Made by a program: the position numbers and the translations under genes. From Escherichia phage 4A7: a DNA stretch of 49,168 nucleotides. This document shows, one piece after another, positions 49,071-49,168 of the stretch. A model generated the notes under the pieces. The model saw only the letters and a program-made list of their open reading frames with translations. It searched no databases and was not told the origin of the DNA. The stretch lies in the sequence record NC_049946.1, one strand, 5' to 3'. Position 1 is the stretch's first letter, and each line of letters starts with the position of its first letter.

Positions 49071-49168
49071 ATGAAGGTTAATAAAAAGAGGCTTGCCGAA
49101 ATTTTCAACGTGGACCCGCGGACGATTGAACGCTGGCAGTCTCAGGGACTCCCTTGCGCCTCCAAAGG
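49071..49168 (+). CDS. nu1: terminase small subunit Nu1, N-terminal part (continues in frame at window position 1)
   Basis: [33 protein letters not shown] matches the lambda Nu1 N-terminus as recalled (MEVNKKQLADIFGASIRTIQNWQEQGMP...); the frame is continuous across the end-to-start junction. Confidence 0.85.

Overview
The 49,168-bp window appears to be a complete, circularly permuted temperate lambdoid siphophage genome: the end of the window (nu1 start at 49071) continues in frame into position 1, and a lambda-type cosN (GGGCGGCGACCT, 48883-48894) lies just upstream. All protein identifications are from my recollection of lambda, phage 21, DLP12, e14 and Rac sequences; no searches were run. 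Gene order is lambda-like: terminase Nu1/A, W, portal B, protease/scaffold C, D, E, FI, FII, Z, U, V, G and G-T (-1 frameshift), tape measure H, M, L, K, I, J, then a side tail fibre gene (stf) interrupted by an IS66-family element with an 8-bp target duplication. The b-region carries a sitABCD Mn/Fe transporter operon with Fur and MntR boxes, followed by an attP that contains the 3' end of icd, a phage-21/e14-type tyrosine integrase and xis. The leftward early operon has exo-bet-gam (near-identical to lambda Red), a TraR-like gene and small ORFs. The immunity region has an S24-peptidase CI repressor, a YdaS-like Cro and a YdaT-like CII analogue, with no recognisable N/nut. Between the putative oL and cI, in the position lambda uses for rexAB, sits an AT-rich two-gene cassette (an ASCH/PUA-like small protein plus a 357-aa protein I cannot assign); this is the best candidate for an undescribed lysogen-expressed defence or exclusion system. 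Downstream are O (with an iteron origin), P, ren, then nin-region cargo (emrE, large serine recombinase ybcK bracketed by 15-bp direct repeats, an esterase lipoprotein, ybcN, ninE, ybcO, rusA, ylcG), a phage-82-type Q with a tR'-like terminator, an antisense porin gene (nmpC/Lc-like) and a phage-21-type lysis cassette (pinholin, SAR endolysin, Rz/Rz1).
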